Positions 1 to 14,886 of a stretch of 64,000 nt of DNA are shown one piece after another. Each line of letters begins with the position of its first letter. Position 1 is the stretch's first letter. The notes below the pieces were generated by a model. The model was not told the DNA's origin. It did not search any database and saw nothing but the letters and a program-made list of their open reading frames with translations. This DNA is from Eledone cirrhosa. Lineage: Eukaryota. The stretch covers positions 65,720,001 to 65,784,000 of the forward strand of contig OZ024740.1 of NCBI GenBank assembly GCA_964016885.1, written 5' to 3'. A program made the position numbers and the translations under genes.

Positions 1-32
<32 letters not shown>

Positions 33-36
<4 letters not shown>

Positions 37-507
37 ATAATAATAAATTTGAAGATTAAAATCCAAAGAGGGCTCGATAAGGATAAATATATATCAGATA
101 TATAAGAACCATAGAGCAAATATTTATTAAAATAACAGATTAAAGTTTAATCAAAGAATCGCTGCTTTCTCCCTTAACGGGATCTTCTGAAACTAAAACA
201 TTCTCCATGAACCACATAATAGAATATTAGTCTACTACTTCATTTATACCATAAACGTGGTTTTGTCTTCGCGTGTAATTGTTTTCACTGCACCAAATAA
301 TGACGTATTATCTTAGATTTTTCTGTTTTTTTGCCAGGAAACGTTTCCACGAACCAAAATATCGTCTTCCTGTCTTCCTTCGGTTGCAACGTGTTTTTGA
401 AATATGTACGTCTGCGTTCACAGATTGACTTTTTTTTTGTTTCAGAAGATCCCGTTAAGGGTGAAAGCAGCGATTCTTTGCTTAAACTTTAATCTGTTAT
501 TTTAATA
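33..507. mobile_element. Non-coding PLE-like remnant: inverted pLTR pair with tail, between (TA)n tracts
   Basis: 69-bp inverted arms at 125-193 and 439-507. They carry a degenerate hammerhead-like core (CAGAAGA-TCCC-GTTAA-GGGA-GAAA on the minus arm). Unpaired tail at 33-124. Confidence 0.55.
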
Positions 508-875
508 TATATATATGTATATATATTTATATATAAATTCAAACGATATAGAAAAATATCTTTCATATATCTAGTTGAGAAACACCTAGCATCATGTACA
601 TATATATAATGATAATAATAAATGTACTCACTCATAGAAAGAATCAATTCAAGATTGTCTGAAGTTCACTGATACGCCTGTTTCGTGAGGTCCAAAATAC
701 AATGTTTATAGTCGACCTACTGATTGGGTTCAATCACCAATTATTGACCTAATTAACAAAAACTCTCCAGACTGAGGAACAGTAAGTGTTTAAGGTCTTA
801 TTATATATATTTCACTGGACATATACTCATTGTACTGACATGGCTTTAAAAATGAGGCTCGATTACATAACTGCA

Positions 876-988
876 AACGAACGAGGTTAACTTTGCCTTT
901 CATCCTTACGGGGTCGATAAAATAAAGTACCAGTAATGTACTGGTTAATTGCTGGCCTTGTGCCAAAAGTAGAAACAATTATTAATAT
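876..988 (+). mobile_element. 5'-truncated tRNA-derived SINE (octopod-type family)
   Basis: GAGGTTAACTTTGCCTTTCATCCTTACGGGGTCGATAAAATAAAGTACCAG...GTAGAAACAATTATT matches the full copy at 20322-20512. Confidence 0.85.
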
Positions 989-1001
989 TCGAAAAATTCA
1001 G

Positions 1002-1038
<37 letters not shown>

Positions 1039-1056
1039 ACACACACACACACACAG

Positions 1057-1139
<83 letters not shown>

Positions 1140-1435
1140 AAGTTATATTTAAAATTGTTGGGTTACAACTAGTAAATATTTATAAAAGCACTCGACAAAT
1201 ATTTGGAGTATATTTACAATATTAAATAAATGGAAAACTATATTTATAAAACCATATTTATTTCATTATATATATTTCGGCGATATCATATTAACAATAT
1301 GCTATGCCTTCATCAGACAAAATACAATATAAACAGTTTTATAGATAAATATATTCGACATACCGTAATAAACATCAACTTCATTTGAAGAGGTTTACTC
1401 TAGCAGTGAAAATACAGAGAGAAAGAAAGAGAGAA

Positions 1436-2322
1436 AGGATCTCGTCGAATAGAAAGATTTTTGACGAAAAGGCCCAATACTATAATGATGCACTAGCTAG
1501 GGCAGGGTATGCTGATAAGATTGTATACATAGATAATGATAGACAAACTAAACAAAGTAACAACTTTTTTAATTACGGCAACAACATTAACAACTATAAT
1601 AGAAAGCATTACAATAATTCCAAAGGACAAACAAGAAATAGAACTAGGAACATAATTTGGTTTGCCCCCCCCCCCCTTTCTCACTAAACATTAAAACCCA
1701 CATCGCTAAATTATTTTTCAAAGCTCTTGATAATCGCTTCCCTAGAACACATAGGTATCACTCAATCTTCAATAGGCATACAATTAAATTAACCTACTCA
1801 TCCACCAAAAATTTAGCACAAAATATTAATAGAATAAATAATAGGAACTTAAAACCTACTGATAATAGCATAAATAATATACAAGTTAACAAATGTAACT
1901 GTAGAGATAGATCTAAATGTCCGTTAAATAACAACTGCTTAGTTAAAAATATAGTATACAATTGTAATGTTAATACTGACTCTAATTCTTTTAACTACGT
2001 CGGTTCCACATCGACGGAATTTAAACTTCGCTATAATAACCACAAGAATTCTTTCACAGATCCAAATAAAAAATCGTCAACGGCACTATCAGGGGTACTC
2101 TGGCAACTTAAGCTAGATAACGTTAGATATTCGACGGCTTGGAATATAGTCTCAAGAGGGATTCCTTTTAATTCATCCTCTGAGACATGTGACCTCTGTG
2201 CAGAGGAGATATTCTTTATACTAAAATCTAAAAACTCCCTTAACCTACGGACAAATTTATTCAGTTGTTGCAAACATAGATTAAACTCAACGTTTAAATA
2301 TAAATTTAAATTTAAAATGTAG
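1436..2322 (+). pseudogene. PLE RT thumb/linker plus GIY-YIG endonuclease, frameshifted at poly-C (~1666-1676)
   Basis: YYNDALARAGY, NIIWFAPP/FSLNIKT, CNCRDRSKCPLNNNC (CxCx5Cx5C), NIVY...YVGST.TEFKLRYNNH, CDLC and terminal CKH. The ORF-track start at 1385 is chimeric with the inverted arm. Confidence 0.88.
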
Positions 2323-3485
2323 TATATTTAGTTTGATTTATATTTATATGAGAACTAGCCGATAAATCTTTTGATTCCTAAATCTTTGATTCCCTCGTTT
2401 TACTCTTTTTATTGTTTATTTTATTTTATTTATTTTTATTTTTATTTTTATCTAAACATTCCTCATGAAAAATTAAGCTACCCTAAAAGCCGATGCTCCA
2501 AATTTTTTGAATTAACCTTACACTAGATAAACTTCTATATTAAACATAGGAACATATGTAGACATAATTGGACATCATAATCTTTTTACGATATTCTTTG
2601 CTAGATGTGATTTGATAGATAATTTTTGGCTTTGTCTTGTAGTGAACGTGGCAATATATTGTCAATTAACTTTGAAGGGTTGTTTTTTTGTGGTTTATTT
2701 TTATTTTCATTTTTATTTTTATTTTTATTTTTATTTTTATTTTTTATTTTTACTTTTATTCTTTTAGTATTGTAGTATTCTATAATATTTTTATTTTTAT
2801 TTTATTTTTTTTTTTTTTTTTAATATTTTTATATATTTTTTTTTATATTTTTATATATTTTTATATATTTTTATATGTAAATTTTTATATGTAAATTTTT
2901 ATATGTATATTTTTATATGTAAATTTTTATATGTAAATCTTTAATACGTAATATTTTTTAATACGTAGTATTTTTAATATGCAATATTTTTATTATGTAA
3001 TATTCTTTCGTAATATTTTTTTAGTTTTCTATTCTATATTTTTACTTATTATTATGTTTATAATATAATATATATTTTCGATTAGTATATTGAAATCTGC
3101 TCTCTATTTCTGCTTGATAGATAATCTTGTAGAGTAATCGCAAGAATAATAATACGCTCAAATTTTTATACCACATTGAGAATGTTTTCCGATAACTTAG
3201 AGTTTGCGGAGTGAATCAGTTGGATTCACGTTGAGATTTGTAGCTGTCACATAGACATATGAATTTTTAAAACTAAACATAAGATAATGAATTTTTACAC
3301 ATTGTGAATACTTGTTTCATTCAGGAATACTGATATTTACAGTGTAGTGTAAGTTTTATAAAGACTAATACATTAAAACATAGGGTTTTCTACGCCTCGA
3401 ATATGTCTGAATATTTTTAAATTGTTTTCTCTCTATATATCTCTCTATATCTATCTATAGATCTCCCTTACATTAATACTTGAGC

Positions 3486-3520
<35 letters not shown>

Positions 3521-3882
3521 ATGTATCATTGATACACTTACTCAAAATGACCTCCCACTACCTAATTTTCTATATATATATATATGTATCTATCTCTATT
3601 TCCTCTCTCTCTCTATATATATATATCTTTCTGTCTCTTTGCATGAAGCTCTTCACTTTATCTATTTTTCCATCTCTCTATTTTGTTCCATGCATTTCTT
3701 CTTTTTCTTTTTCTTCTTTTTCTTCCTTTTCTTCGTTTTGTCTTTCTTTCTTTCGTTTTTCCCTCTTTTCTTTCTCTCTTTCTTTCTCTCTGTATTTTCA
3801 CTGCTAGAGTAAACCTCTTCAAATGAAGTTGATGTTTATTACGGTATGTCGAATATATTTATCTATAAAACTGTTTATATTG

Positions 3883-3948
3883 TATTTTGTCTGATGAAGG
3901 CATAGCATATTGTTAATATGATATCCCCGAAATATATATAATGAAATA
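3883..3948 (+). ncRNA. Type I hammerhead ribozyme in pLTR (mirror copy on minus at ~1259-1324)
   Basis: Stem I TATTTTGT/ATGAAATA, CTGATGA at 3891, 31-nt stem II, GAAA at 3929, palindromic TATATA stem III, AUA site. Confidence 0.75.
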
Positions 3949-4316
3949 AATATGGTTTTATAAATATAGTTTTCCATTTATTTAATATTGTATATATATA
4001 TATATATATATATATAGGAAAATGTTAAAACGCAACGGCTTGAGCTCAGCAGTCGGGTTTACAGACAAACACACATATACAAACACACTTACAAATCCTT
4101 CCTATTTAGCTACACACATCCTGTCTGAACACAAGTTATATGATACATATGACTTAATATTCAGTCACCAAATTCGAGCTAGATACAGTAATTTTCTATT
4201 CTATTGTTTGAAGTCACCTGTCAACAACACCACTAGATTTCTGTCTCTATTACATTTTGCATTTCTGGCTCCTCTCTCTTTATGTCTCTCTTTCAATCTG
4301 ATCTCTCGCAACCACT

Positions 4317-4387
<71 letters not shown>

Positions 4388-4863
4388 TATGAAGGTACCC
4401 GGAAAATTCACCGTATCTCGTGAATCCCTGCTCAGATTTACGCGAAATTTGTTTAATTCCATTTGTATTCCCATTTCAAGGGTAACTTCCGTTCCAAGTA
4501 TTTTCCCATTATCCGCCGTTTTGGCCGAAATAGAACTTATTCCACTGAACATACTTTGTATTCTCTAACATATCAATTCAATATCAATTCATAATTCCAT
4601 GTAAATAACGCCAATAAATAATAAAGTAGGACTTCATCATAAATCATAAATTAATAATAAACACTGTCTTGAAATGTTCGCTCATCATTAATTCTGAAAT
4701 ATTAAAGTTTAATGCAGAAGTATCTGCTTTAATCAATATGTATGCAAATATAATTACTTTCAAAAAGAGTTATATAAAATGTTGCTGTTAGCTTAACAAG
4801 AGTGGCCGTCTCTGAACACGCGGTCAATGTTAGGGTCTCTCTCTCTCTCTCTCACTCTCTCTC

Positions 4864-4950
<87 letters not shown>

Positions 4951-5004
4951 CTTCCAATCTATCACTTTTCTCTGTAAACCCACTATACACACACACACGC
5001 ACAC

Positions 5005-5041
<37 letters not shown>

Positions 5042-5454
5042 AAGTGGGGTTGTATATATATATAATAATAATACTTATTAGAGGAAATCTTACTCGATTA
5101 CTATGGTGAATTTTAGCTCAATGCTATGATAGGATCATGCAGAGCCTATATGTAATTAGAATGTGCATATAAACCAAGATTAAAAGTTCAAGACATGTAA
5201 TCTCCAACAATTCTTTCTTTTCATAGGAATATATCACGGAGAGCAAATCATGTTATTTGAAAGTTTGCTATTAGATAGCACAAATATTGGAATCATCAGT
5301 TTAAGTTAAATCAAAAACGATTAATTCAATATGAATACAAATCATTCAGGAACGAAGGATAATGTATATTACTTTCGTTAGATAAGTGATATATATTATA
5401 TTTTGTTCTTACACGTGTAGGGGTGGGGACGAAAGACATTCGATGGAGCCCACC

Positions 5455-5740
5455 GTACCGTTGCTGTCACGTGTAGGATTGATCCGGCTATCATCTGAGT
5501 CCATTGTGAAGATATCCCCGCCGCTTTCCTTTAGTCAGAGTGGTCAGGCATGTTTTATCTTCCCGGTGGTCATGGTCAAAGAGGTCGAGTCATGGTCTCG
5601 TTTGCAAGGGTTGAAGAAATGCACTTTCTTCATCGGTGAATCACTGATTGACAGATACATCAGGGTGGAGACAGAAGTTCTCCATTCCAACCAATTTGTT
5701 TAAAGGTGGATTTATGTGGAAAGCATGTATCGAGAGTAGC
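5455..5740 (+). mobile_element. 3' fragment of an L1/Tx1-clade LINE
   Basis: LLSRVGLIRLSSESIVKISPPLSFSQSGQACF aligns with the ORF2 C-terminus at ~29400-29730. Confidence 0.85.
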
Positions 5741-5786
5741 TAAAACCTACACTGTACAGTGCTCTAACTAATACCCCCCCCCTCCT

Positions 5787-6465
5787 GCAGTATCGGTAGA
5801 GGGTCGGGTGCTATGCTTTGTAGCTTAGAGTTACGCCCCTTTACGGTCTGAGTTCAAATTACGCCAAGGTTAACTTTGCCTTTCAGCCTTACGGGTTCGA
5901 TAAAATAAGGTACCAGTCACGTACTGAGATCGATTTAATCGACTTCCCCCTCCTCCAAAATTGCAGGCCTTGTGTCTATATAAGAAACCATTATTATTAA
6001 CCACATTTGGGGATTGCCAATATCGGTAGAACGTCGGCAGCATGCTTTACAGCATGTAATTACGACCCTTTCCGCCCTGAGTTCAAGTCCCGCCGAGTTT
6101 AGCTTTGCCTTTCAATCGTTACGGGATCGATAAAATAAAGTACCACTAATGAACTTGTGTCAATTTAATCGACTTTCCTCTCCCCACAAAATTACTGGCC
6201 TAGTGCCTGAAGTAGAATTAATTATTGTTAATAACCTCATGCGGGCATTAGCAGTATCGGTAGAGCGTCGGACAACATGTTTTACAGCATGTAGCTATGG
6301 CCCTTTACGCTCATAGTTCAAATCCCGCCGAGGGAAGCTTTGATATTTATCCTTACGGGGTCAATAAACTATATTACCAGTAATCCATTGGGGTTGATTT
6401 CATCGACTTCCCCATACCTAAAAAAAGTGTTGCCATCTGCCTAAATCAGAAATCCTTACTGTTAA
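5787..6465 (+). mobile_element. Three head-to-tail copies of the tRNA-derived SINE
   Basis: Units at ~5787-6000, ~6008-6230 and ~6241-6465, each with GAGTTCAAATCCCGCCGAG-like B box, the CTTTGCCTTTCATCCTTACGGGGTCGATAAAAT-like core and an ATT-like tail. Confidence 0.85.
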
Positions 6466-8097
6466 CTTTATGTTTATTCCCCGTTTTCCTTTCAACATTG
6501 TAACTCACCGCTGTATGTGTTTAGTTTATACAATCATTTGTTCTTGTAATTTCCGTATGGTATGTATTTGCCATTATCAGATTCACCATTTACAAATAAC
6601 CAATTGTTATGTACAATGCCCTCAATCTAATTATTTCTCTTCATATTTCGGGTATTTTCTCCTTTATGTTAGTTTTATGTCATCCTTGGAATAAGTACAT
6701 TACACTTTTTTGGCAATAATATGAAGTCGATATGTTTTAATTTTCTCTGCTGAATGACAGTTTGTAATCCTATGAAACTCTCTTCACCTTATGGATATCA
6801 AATCTTTCCTTTCTTTTATTTCGAAATTATTGTATAACACCCAGCCTTTGAACGTGTTCCTCTGTTCCGCCTGTATAACTTTTTTCTTTTTTTTTAATAC
6901 ACAATGTGGTACACATTTTCTTTGACGTGTATTCTTTTCATCGTTTCCAGTCAAACTTTATATGTTGTACTGTTTAAAGAGAAGCCGAATTGTGATAGTC
7001 TTTGCGCGCGTCGGGAAGAATGCTTCGTAGCATTTCTTTCGCACGCTTACTTAAAATAATATACTGGTTAAAATTACCATTGTTCTTTTCATGGATCGAT
7101 ATATAAACCACCAGTCGAGATGCAGTGATTTGGCTATATGCCACTTACAAAGGATCGATTACCCCCCCCCCCCCGCGTTCTTAGTTCAAATAGTGTCTAC
7201 TGTCACCGAAATAACATTTACGCTTCTAGCAGTAGTTAATAACAATATATAGTATGAATAAAGAAAAAGAAAATCTTTGATCGAGAAATTGCTTACTTAA
7301 TCCTTTTTAAGTGATTTAGAATTAAATGATTTCGCAAACGAATTGAAATATTTGCATTGGTTTAAGTGTCATGTATTTTGAAGCCAGCCCAAATTTGTTG
7401 TTTGTTTTTCTATTTATACTTCATTGGTTGTAGTCGTATGTAAGCCATGTGGTGAATTCATATGAAAATTCATAAACTCATATTCATCTCGCTTTCTACA
7501 TTGTGATAGGTATGCTATTGTTTCTCTACAGCTCTCACATATGTATCGCAGACATATAACTTGTTATATAAGCTGGCTTACGAGATTGCTGCATATGATT
7601 GCGTAGTATCACATTGGTGTTGTTTTCCAGTCAGCCTAGTGTTACTAATTCACTTAACTTCCAGTTGAATATAGTTAAACTATTAGTAGAATAGTGTATT
7701 GATGAAATTTGTCTATTTTTAGCATTTATATATGATTTTCGTATTATTCTTAGCTTATAATATGTCTTGTGCTTCGATCAGATCTGACCTGTAGCTAAAT
7801 ACTACATCGATCTCTGTCAAAAGGCTGATATATGAACTGACCTGGAGCAAATAAAACAACATCAATAGAGTGATCACTACGCTTACATTATCTTTTACAC
7901 TATATGCCAGACAAATTAAAAATAATTCTACTTTCAAGCTGCCTTAATGGTGATTTTATTAGTTGTAAACTATTATAACACTAGGGAAATTAGGGGACAG
8001 ACTCAAATATATATTAATGGGAAATAAGTGGAATCATGTATAAGTCAATTAGTAGGCATACATTATAAGTATTTCAAAGAGATGAACTGTTTAATAA

Positions 8098-8160
<63 letters not shown>

Positions 8161-8274
8161 TGTCATTTGTTATATCTTTGTTTGGAAGACATTTTATCTA
8201 TCGATCTATTTCTCGATTGAACTGTTGAAAGAATTCTGACAATTTCGTCATCGAAATTCAATTTTCGAACAATG

Positions 8275-8317
<43 letters not shown>

Positions 8318-8325
8318 ATATATAA

Positions 8326-8578
<253 letters not shown>

Positions 8579-9011
8579 GAAAAAGTTGAGAATAACATGG
8601 TCAACAGTACAAAAAAGGAGATTTATTTACAGCCTAACAATTGTTTCACTGATAGAGTTGTCTAAAAATTGCTAAACACTGAAAGTAGTGCCACTCAATT
8701 TAAAATATATGTTGGCCTTATCATATCTTCAGAGACTGTCAAAAAATATAAATATATGCGTAACCGACATAAATCAGCAACGAAATTCGAGAACTTTAGA
8801 CCAACTTAATTCCATCTCATCTATTCCGTAACCGTGATTGTACCATTTGGATCTACTACGATATCACATTATCAGCAGCATCTTCACCATTATAATTACC
8901 AAAGAACAGCTTCAAAACCTCTTATATTTACATTCTTCATTTTCACTCTCTATCTTTGCATTTCTCTCCCTAAACTTATTTTCATCTCGGTCATTTTATC
9001 TTATCATATAC

Positions 9012-9203
9012 TTTTTTCTACTTTTGACACAATCCCACCAATTATCCAGTGTATTACTGGTATTTTATGTTATCGACCCCGTAAGGATGAAAGGCAAAGT
9101 TAACCTCGGCGGGATTTGAACTCAGAATGGCAAGGGCCGTAACTCAATGCGTCAAAGCATGGCGTCCGACCCTCTATCAATACTGCCAATCCACCATATC
9201 TTA
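9012..9203 (-). mobile_element. Full-length tRNA-derived SINE nested in the PLE remnant
   Basis: Reverse complement of the 20322-20512 unit. Confidence 0.85.
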
Positions 9204-9995
9204 AAACTAGTTAATTTACATATTAAAATAGCCAATACACATACATATATTTAACATCATCATATTTTCAACTTAATATATATCCACATATTTAACAATT
9301 ATCAAAAACAATTCTCAATAATCTTAACATGTTTAAATATTCTCCGTACTTTTTTACACATATATTTATTTATTTTCATCGTCACTTTTCACTATTATAC
9401 CATTTTATATTCACTTTTCACATATTATACCAATTTATTAATTCATTTATTTATTTATTTATTTATTTATTTACTTATTTATTTATCTATCAATTTTTTT
9501 CATATATATTTTTTATATATGTTTTCATTCATGTCCTCATATATTTCTATATATCTATTTTTATTTTTACTTACATTTATTCATGTATTAATATTTATTC
9601 ATCTGTTTGCACCTATACCTTCTTCTCTCTATCCTATTTCTACTTTCGTCTGTTTGTCCCTCATCATACTTTTCTCTATCCTACGATATTTCTACTTGTG
9701 TTTTTCTATCATATTCTATACATCTTATTTTTAGCGATAATAATATTCTCCTTCTTTCTCTATCTCCTTTTCTTTTTCCTTTTTCGTCTTTCTCTATCTC
9801 TTTTTTTTTCCTTTTCGTCTTTCTCTATCTCTTTTTCTTTTTCCTCCTTCGTCTTTCTTCTTCCCTTCTTTCCTCTCATTACTATATATATCCTCCTTCC
9901 TTTTTTTCTCTCTATATCTTCATTATTAATATTATTATTGATATGATAATTTGAATTTGTAAATTTGCCGGTTACGCATATATTTATATTTTTTG

Positions 9996-10106
9996 ACAGT
10001 CTCTGAAGATATGGTAGGGCCAACATGTATTTTAAATTGAGTGGCACTACTTTCAGTGTTTAGCAATTTTTAGACAACTCTATCAGTGAAACAATTGTTA
10101 GACTGT
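9996..10106 (+). ncRNA. Type I hammerhead with a 78-nt stem II domain (mirror copy on minus at ~8629-8739)
   Basis: Stem I ACAGTCT/AGACTGT, CTGAAGA at 10003, GAAA at 10088, palindromic CAATTG stem III, GUU site. Confidence 0.7.
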
Positions 10107-10333
10107 AAAGAAATCTCCTTCTTTGTACTGTTGACCATGTTATTCTCCACTTTTTCAATGTTATTACTCCAAGATAAACTTACATAAGAATACAAGTGAA
10201 ATCATAAACTCGTCATCTACGTAAACCTCTTGTTGAGTCATACAACGCCGTACGCTAGAACTGTCCATAATAAGAAGTATTCACAACCTCTAATTGGATT
10301 ACCTATAACGATATCTTGTAATCCTCTATGTAA

Positions 10334-10397
<64 letters not shown>

Positions 10398-10622
10398 TCA
10401 TGTGAATGTGTGTGTGTGTGCATGAGTATGTGTGTGTGTGTGTCGACGATGAGTATAGATTTTACGTAACCGTGTTTTATAATTCTGTCGAAGTTACCTG
10501 ATGTGACCGTCCTGTCTTGCATCATAAATTGTATATGGAGCTGGGCCTTTGAAATATGTATAGTGATTTCACAGAATTAAAATGTTCAGCATATCATCAA
10601 GTACGGCATTCTGTTCTCGTTT

Positions 10623-10672
<50 letters not shown>

Positions 10673-10705
10673 GAGAGAGAGGGGGGGGAGAGAGAGAGGG
10701 GGGAT

Positions 10706-10768
<63 letters not shown>

Positions 10769-11812
10769 AAGAAGAGATAGAGAGAAAGAGAGGAGAAATT
10801 GAATGTATGTTCAAAACTGGTAAACTTATTTTCAATCTGCATATAGAATTAACAGATTTATTCAAGGAGTAAACAGTTGTGTAAATAAATTCAGAATATA
10901 TAAAAGATGTATTTATCATAGTGCTACTGACAATTAGTTAGGACCAACCATGTTCGCATTCTATGCAAACAAGTATTTCCAGCGGATATCTTCTGTTTGC
11001 TATATGCAAATTACCATATCAATACACAAAATCTAAATAGGTTCTAGACTATTTTCCTCTCAGTACCGGATCAGTGATTCAAAATGAGTTGAGATTATCA
11101 AAAAATGTGACCGCTGTCGGGCATACTTAACATAACTGTGCCATGTACACAGATCAAAAGAAATAAAATATTTTTTTTCATAACAAAAATTGATTTTTCT
11201 TTGCTAGCGAGGCTCTCGTATGTACATTGTTTATGAACATATAGCATATGCTTTCGTAAACTACTATATTGAGAAGATTGTACCTAGTAAAGCCAAGGTT
11301 ATCTGTATTTATATTAAGCACGTTGCAACAAAGAAGACGAAAAATACAGCTAATGCAAGATTTTTGCTAAGAAATGATTCCAGTAGATGGCATTGAATTC
11401 ATATACAAAGATCCAAGCAGAAAACCAAAAACTTACCTCAACTCATATTTTCAAATCTAATTTGTATTTTCAGAAATGTTTCAGAATCATTTAAACATAT
11501 GTGTAGATTTTAGAAGAAGCCAGACTTTAATGGAAAGGAACAACAGAATATTACAATATAACACTAATAACTGAAAGACATCATGCTATTATAAAGCAAT
11601 TAATTAATGTTCGCTAAATTTAAAGAGACGTATAACTATCGGTGGCTTATTTATATAGGTTATAAATATATATGTATATAAGTGTGTGAGATAAAGAGAG
11701 CGGGAAAGAGAGAGGGTGTAACGACGAAAAAAAAGAGGACTTAACAATAAAATACGCGTGTGGATGAGAGGGAAACAGACGGAAAAAGATAGTGAGATAG
11801 ACAAATAATTGT

Positions 11813-12472
<660 letters not shown>

Positions 12473-12487
12473 AATATATATATATAA

Positions 12488-12528
<41 letters not shown>

Positions 12529-12658
12529 TGTATGTATAGTATATTCGGCAATATACCGTATGTTTAATTAAAAATATTTTGAAGACTTGCGCTACCATTT
12601 CTAAAGTAGTGTTTATGTCACTTATTTCTTTTTTTTCGGCAAAGGAAGGGAGAGAAAT

Positions 12659-12738
<80 letters not shown>

Positions 12739-13153
12739 GTAGATCACTGGAGGGTTATATCCGTAGTAGAGTAGCAGACCACTCAGTCCATGGGACGAGT
12801 TTGGTAGAGGTAGTATTAATATAGTTGTTTTTCCTTTTCCGTACAACTCCACTCAGACCGAGGATCCGCTTAAGTGAAACATGTATCCCAGTATGGTGAA
12901 CTAGTTCTATATATCTTATGGAACTTCTTCTATCTCTCTAATATATATATTTGTTTTTGTTTTTTTCGGTGTTTTCTCTTTTTTTCCCTTTTCCCTTCTA
13001 TTTCCCAATAACTTACCCTGTTATTGAACGCCCTGGGCGGTAGATATCTCGTCTTTAAAGCGTGGAAATATCCGACAGCCCTGTAGACAACTGATGAGGA
13101 ACCCCTCTCCTTTCTTGCTTTCTTCTTATTCTCACTCCATTTTAAGCTATATA

Positions 13154-13296
<143 letters not shown>

Positions 13297-13306
13297 AATA
13301 TAGAAG

Positions 13307-13357
13307 AGCTTCTACAGAACTAGAACTGTTTCATTCGTGAGAAATCATCAGGAAGCT
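13307..13357 (-). ncRNA. Canonical type I hammerhead ribozyme
   Basis: Minus strand reads AGCTTC CTGATGA TTTC-TCAC-GAAT GAAA CAG-TTCTAGTT-CTG TA GAAGCT. All three stems are present; GUA site. Confidence 0.8.
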
Positions 13358-13489
13358 GGCTGTCCAATTAAAATGGTCGTATTTATATATTTAGAACTGT
13401 TTCATTCGTGAGTAAAGAGATATTTAATTTGTTGGTGATTCAAAAAATTTATTTATAACAGAATCGAAGCACCTCACATATTTCCTGAA

Positions 13490-13844
13490 GTATAATATCA
13501 ATGATATTAATAAATGGAAACTATATTTATAAAACCATACTTACATTATTATATATATTTCATGGGTACCAAACATTTGGGATAAAAAACATCAGATAAA
13601 ATACAACATTTGTTTTATAAATTTGTTTTATCAATCGTAACACATCTCGGAAACCCGACCTTATCGGTTTAGGTTCCGTTTGGATAGTGAAAGGAAAAGA
13701 GAAAATATTTCAAATCTTTAGGATGGATATGTAAATGAAGTAGAAGCGTAGACTGAAAAAAGTCGTTATATATAGACGGTAGGTAAATTTAAATAATTAT
13801 TAGTATACTTTAATAAATATAGTTTCCATTTATTAATATCATTG

Positions 13845-13850
<6 letters not shown>
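13490..13850 (-). mobile_element. Degenerate PLE pLTR with short inverted end (11813 family)
   Basis: ATCAATGATATTAATAAATGGAAACTATATTTAT is inverted at ~13813-13847. The core has decayed to CTGATGT. Confidence 0.65.
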
Positions 13851-13894
<44 letters not shown>

Positions 13895-13936
13895 ATAGAT
13901 ATCTAGATATCTAGCTAGATAGATAGATAGATAGAT

Positions 13937-14022
<86 letters not shown>

Positions 14023-14290
14023 ATGGGATAGCAGATAGATAAGGTACACGTCTGATGTATAAACCATTCAGATGGAGAAAAGGGGAGACATCAAAAGAAA
14101 GAGAAATTTAAGGTTAAGTTTGTGACTAATAAGATATGAAGACAAATGCAGAGAAAGGCGAAACATAAAACTGAAATCGAATTAGGAAACAAACAGAGAA
14201 AGATGATGAGATTAAGTATAGATGATGAGCTAACAAAATATTTAAGTAAGGAAAGCAAATAAATGTGATGCTGCTCAATTATAATATACG

Positions 14291-14396
<106 letters not shown>

Positions 14397-14679
14397 AGAG
14401 AGAGAGAGAGAGAGATGGGGGGAGAGAGAGAGAGATGGAGAGAGAGAGAGAGAGAGAGAGTAAATCTATTTAAAATGTACGATATATTAAAAATTTCAGC
14501 AGGTGTATTCGTTAAAATGAGATTACTATGATGGAAAGATAAGAATAACACCCATAAAATATTTAACAAATGTAAACATAGAGGAGTGTTTCAATACATA
14601 ATGCCAGAGATAGATTGAAGTGATATATATAACAGGATCTAAGCTGCCGAGTGAAGGCCGCGCGTGTAACTGGACATTT

Positions 14680-14841
14680 GGAAACTCTGCTTCGTAGTAT
14701 CGAGACATATTTTGAGGAGCTTGCGATTTCGAGTCGGGTTTGATCATTGCATCGATCGTGCCTCGAGCTGGTCGCCAGAGAAACGATCGTAATATGTCTA
14801 ATAAATCTTATTCGTCGCACCACTGATTCTCTTTTTCTTAT

Positions 14842-14846
<5 letters not shown>
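14680..14846 (+). mobile_element. pLTR-like repeat with hammerhead (14703-14799); second copy at 54070-54313
   Basis: Stem I AGACATAT/ATATGTCT, variant core TTTGAGGA, GAAA at 14780, CGATCG stem III, GUA site. Ends at (TA)n. Confidence 0.7.

Positions 14847-14885
<39 letters not shown>

Positions 14886-14886
<1 letters not shown>

Larger units (their letters stand above)
1137..3992 (+). mobile_element. 5'-truncated Penelope-like element (Hydra-type) with inverted pLTRs
   Basis: 223-bp near-perfect inverted arms at 1215-1437 and 3770-3992 enclose a GIY-YIG ORF remnant. Each arm has a hammerhead. Tail at 1137-1214; (TA)n on both sides. Confidence 0.9.
8576..10332 (+). mobile_element. Non-coding PLE remnant with inverted pLTRs and 3' tail
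   Basis: ~197-bp inverted arms at 8576-8774 and 9963-10159, a pyrimidine-rich interior like that of the 1137-3992 element, tail at 10160-10332, (TA)n on both sides. Confidence 0.8.

Noticed and set aside
660-785. Minus-strand CTGGAGA...GAAACAGGCGTA hammerhead-like motif
   Set aside because: The core is altered and there is no convincing stem I; at most a decayed pLTR.
4280-4560. 90-aa minus ORF and CpG-containing patch beside (CT)n
   Set aside because: No recognisable motif, and part of its length comes from the microsatellite; a promoter role cannot be supported.
12735-13140. CCGAGGA...GAAACATGTA (~12858) and CTGATGAG (13091) in a TA-flanked block
   Set aside because: Stems I and II are too weak in the first, and no GAAA box follows the second.
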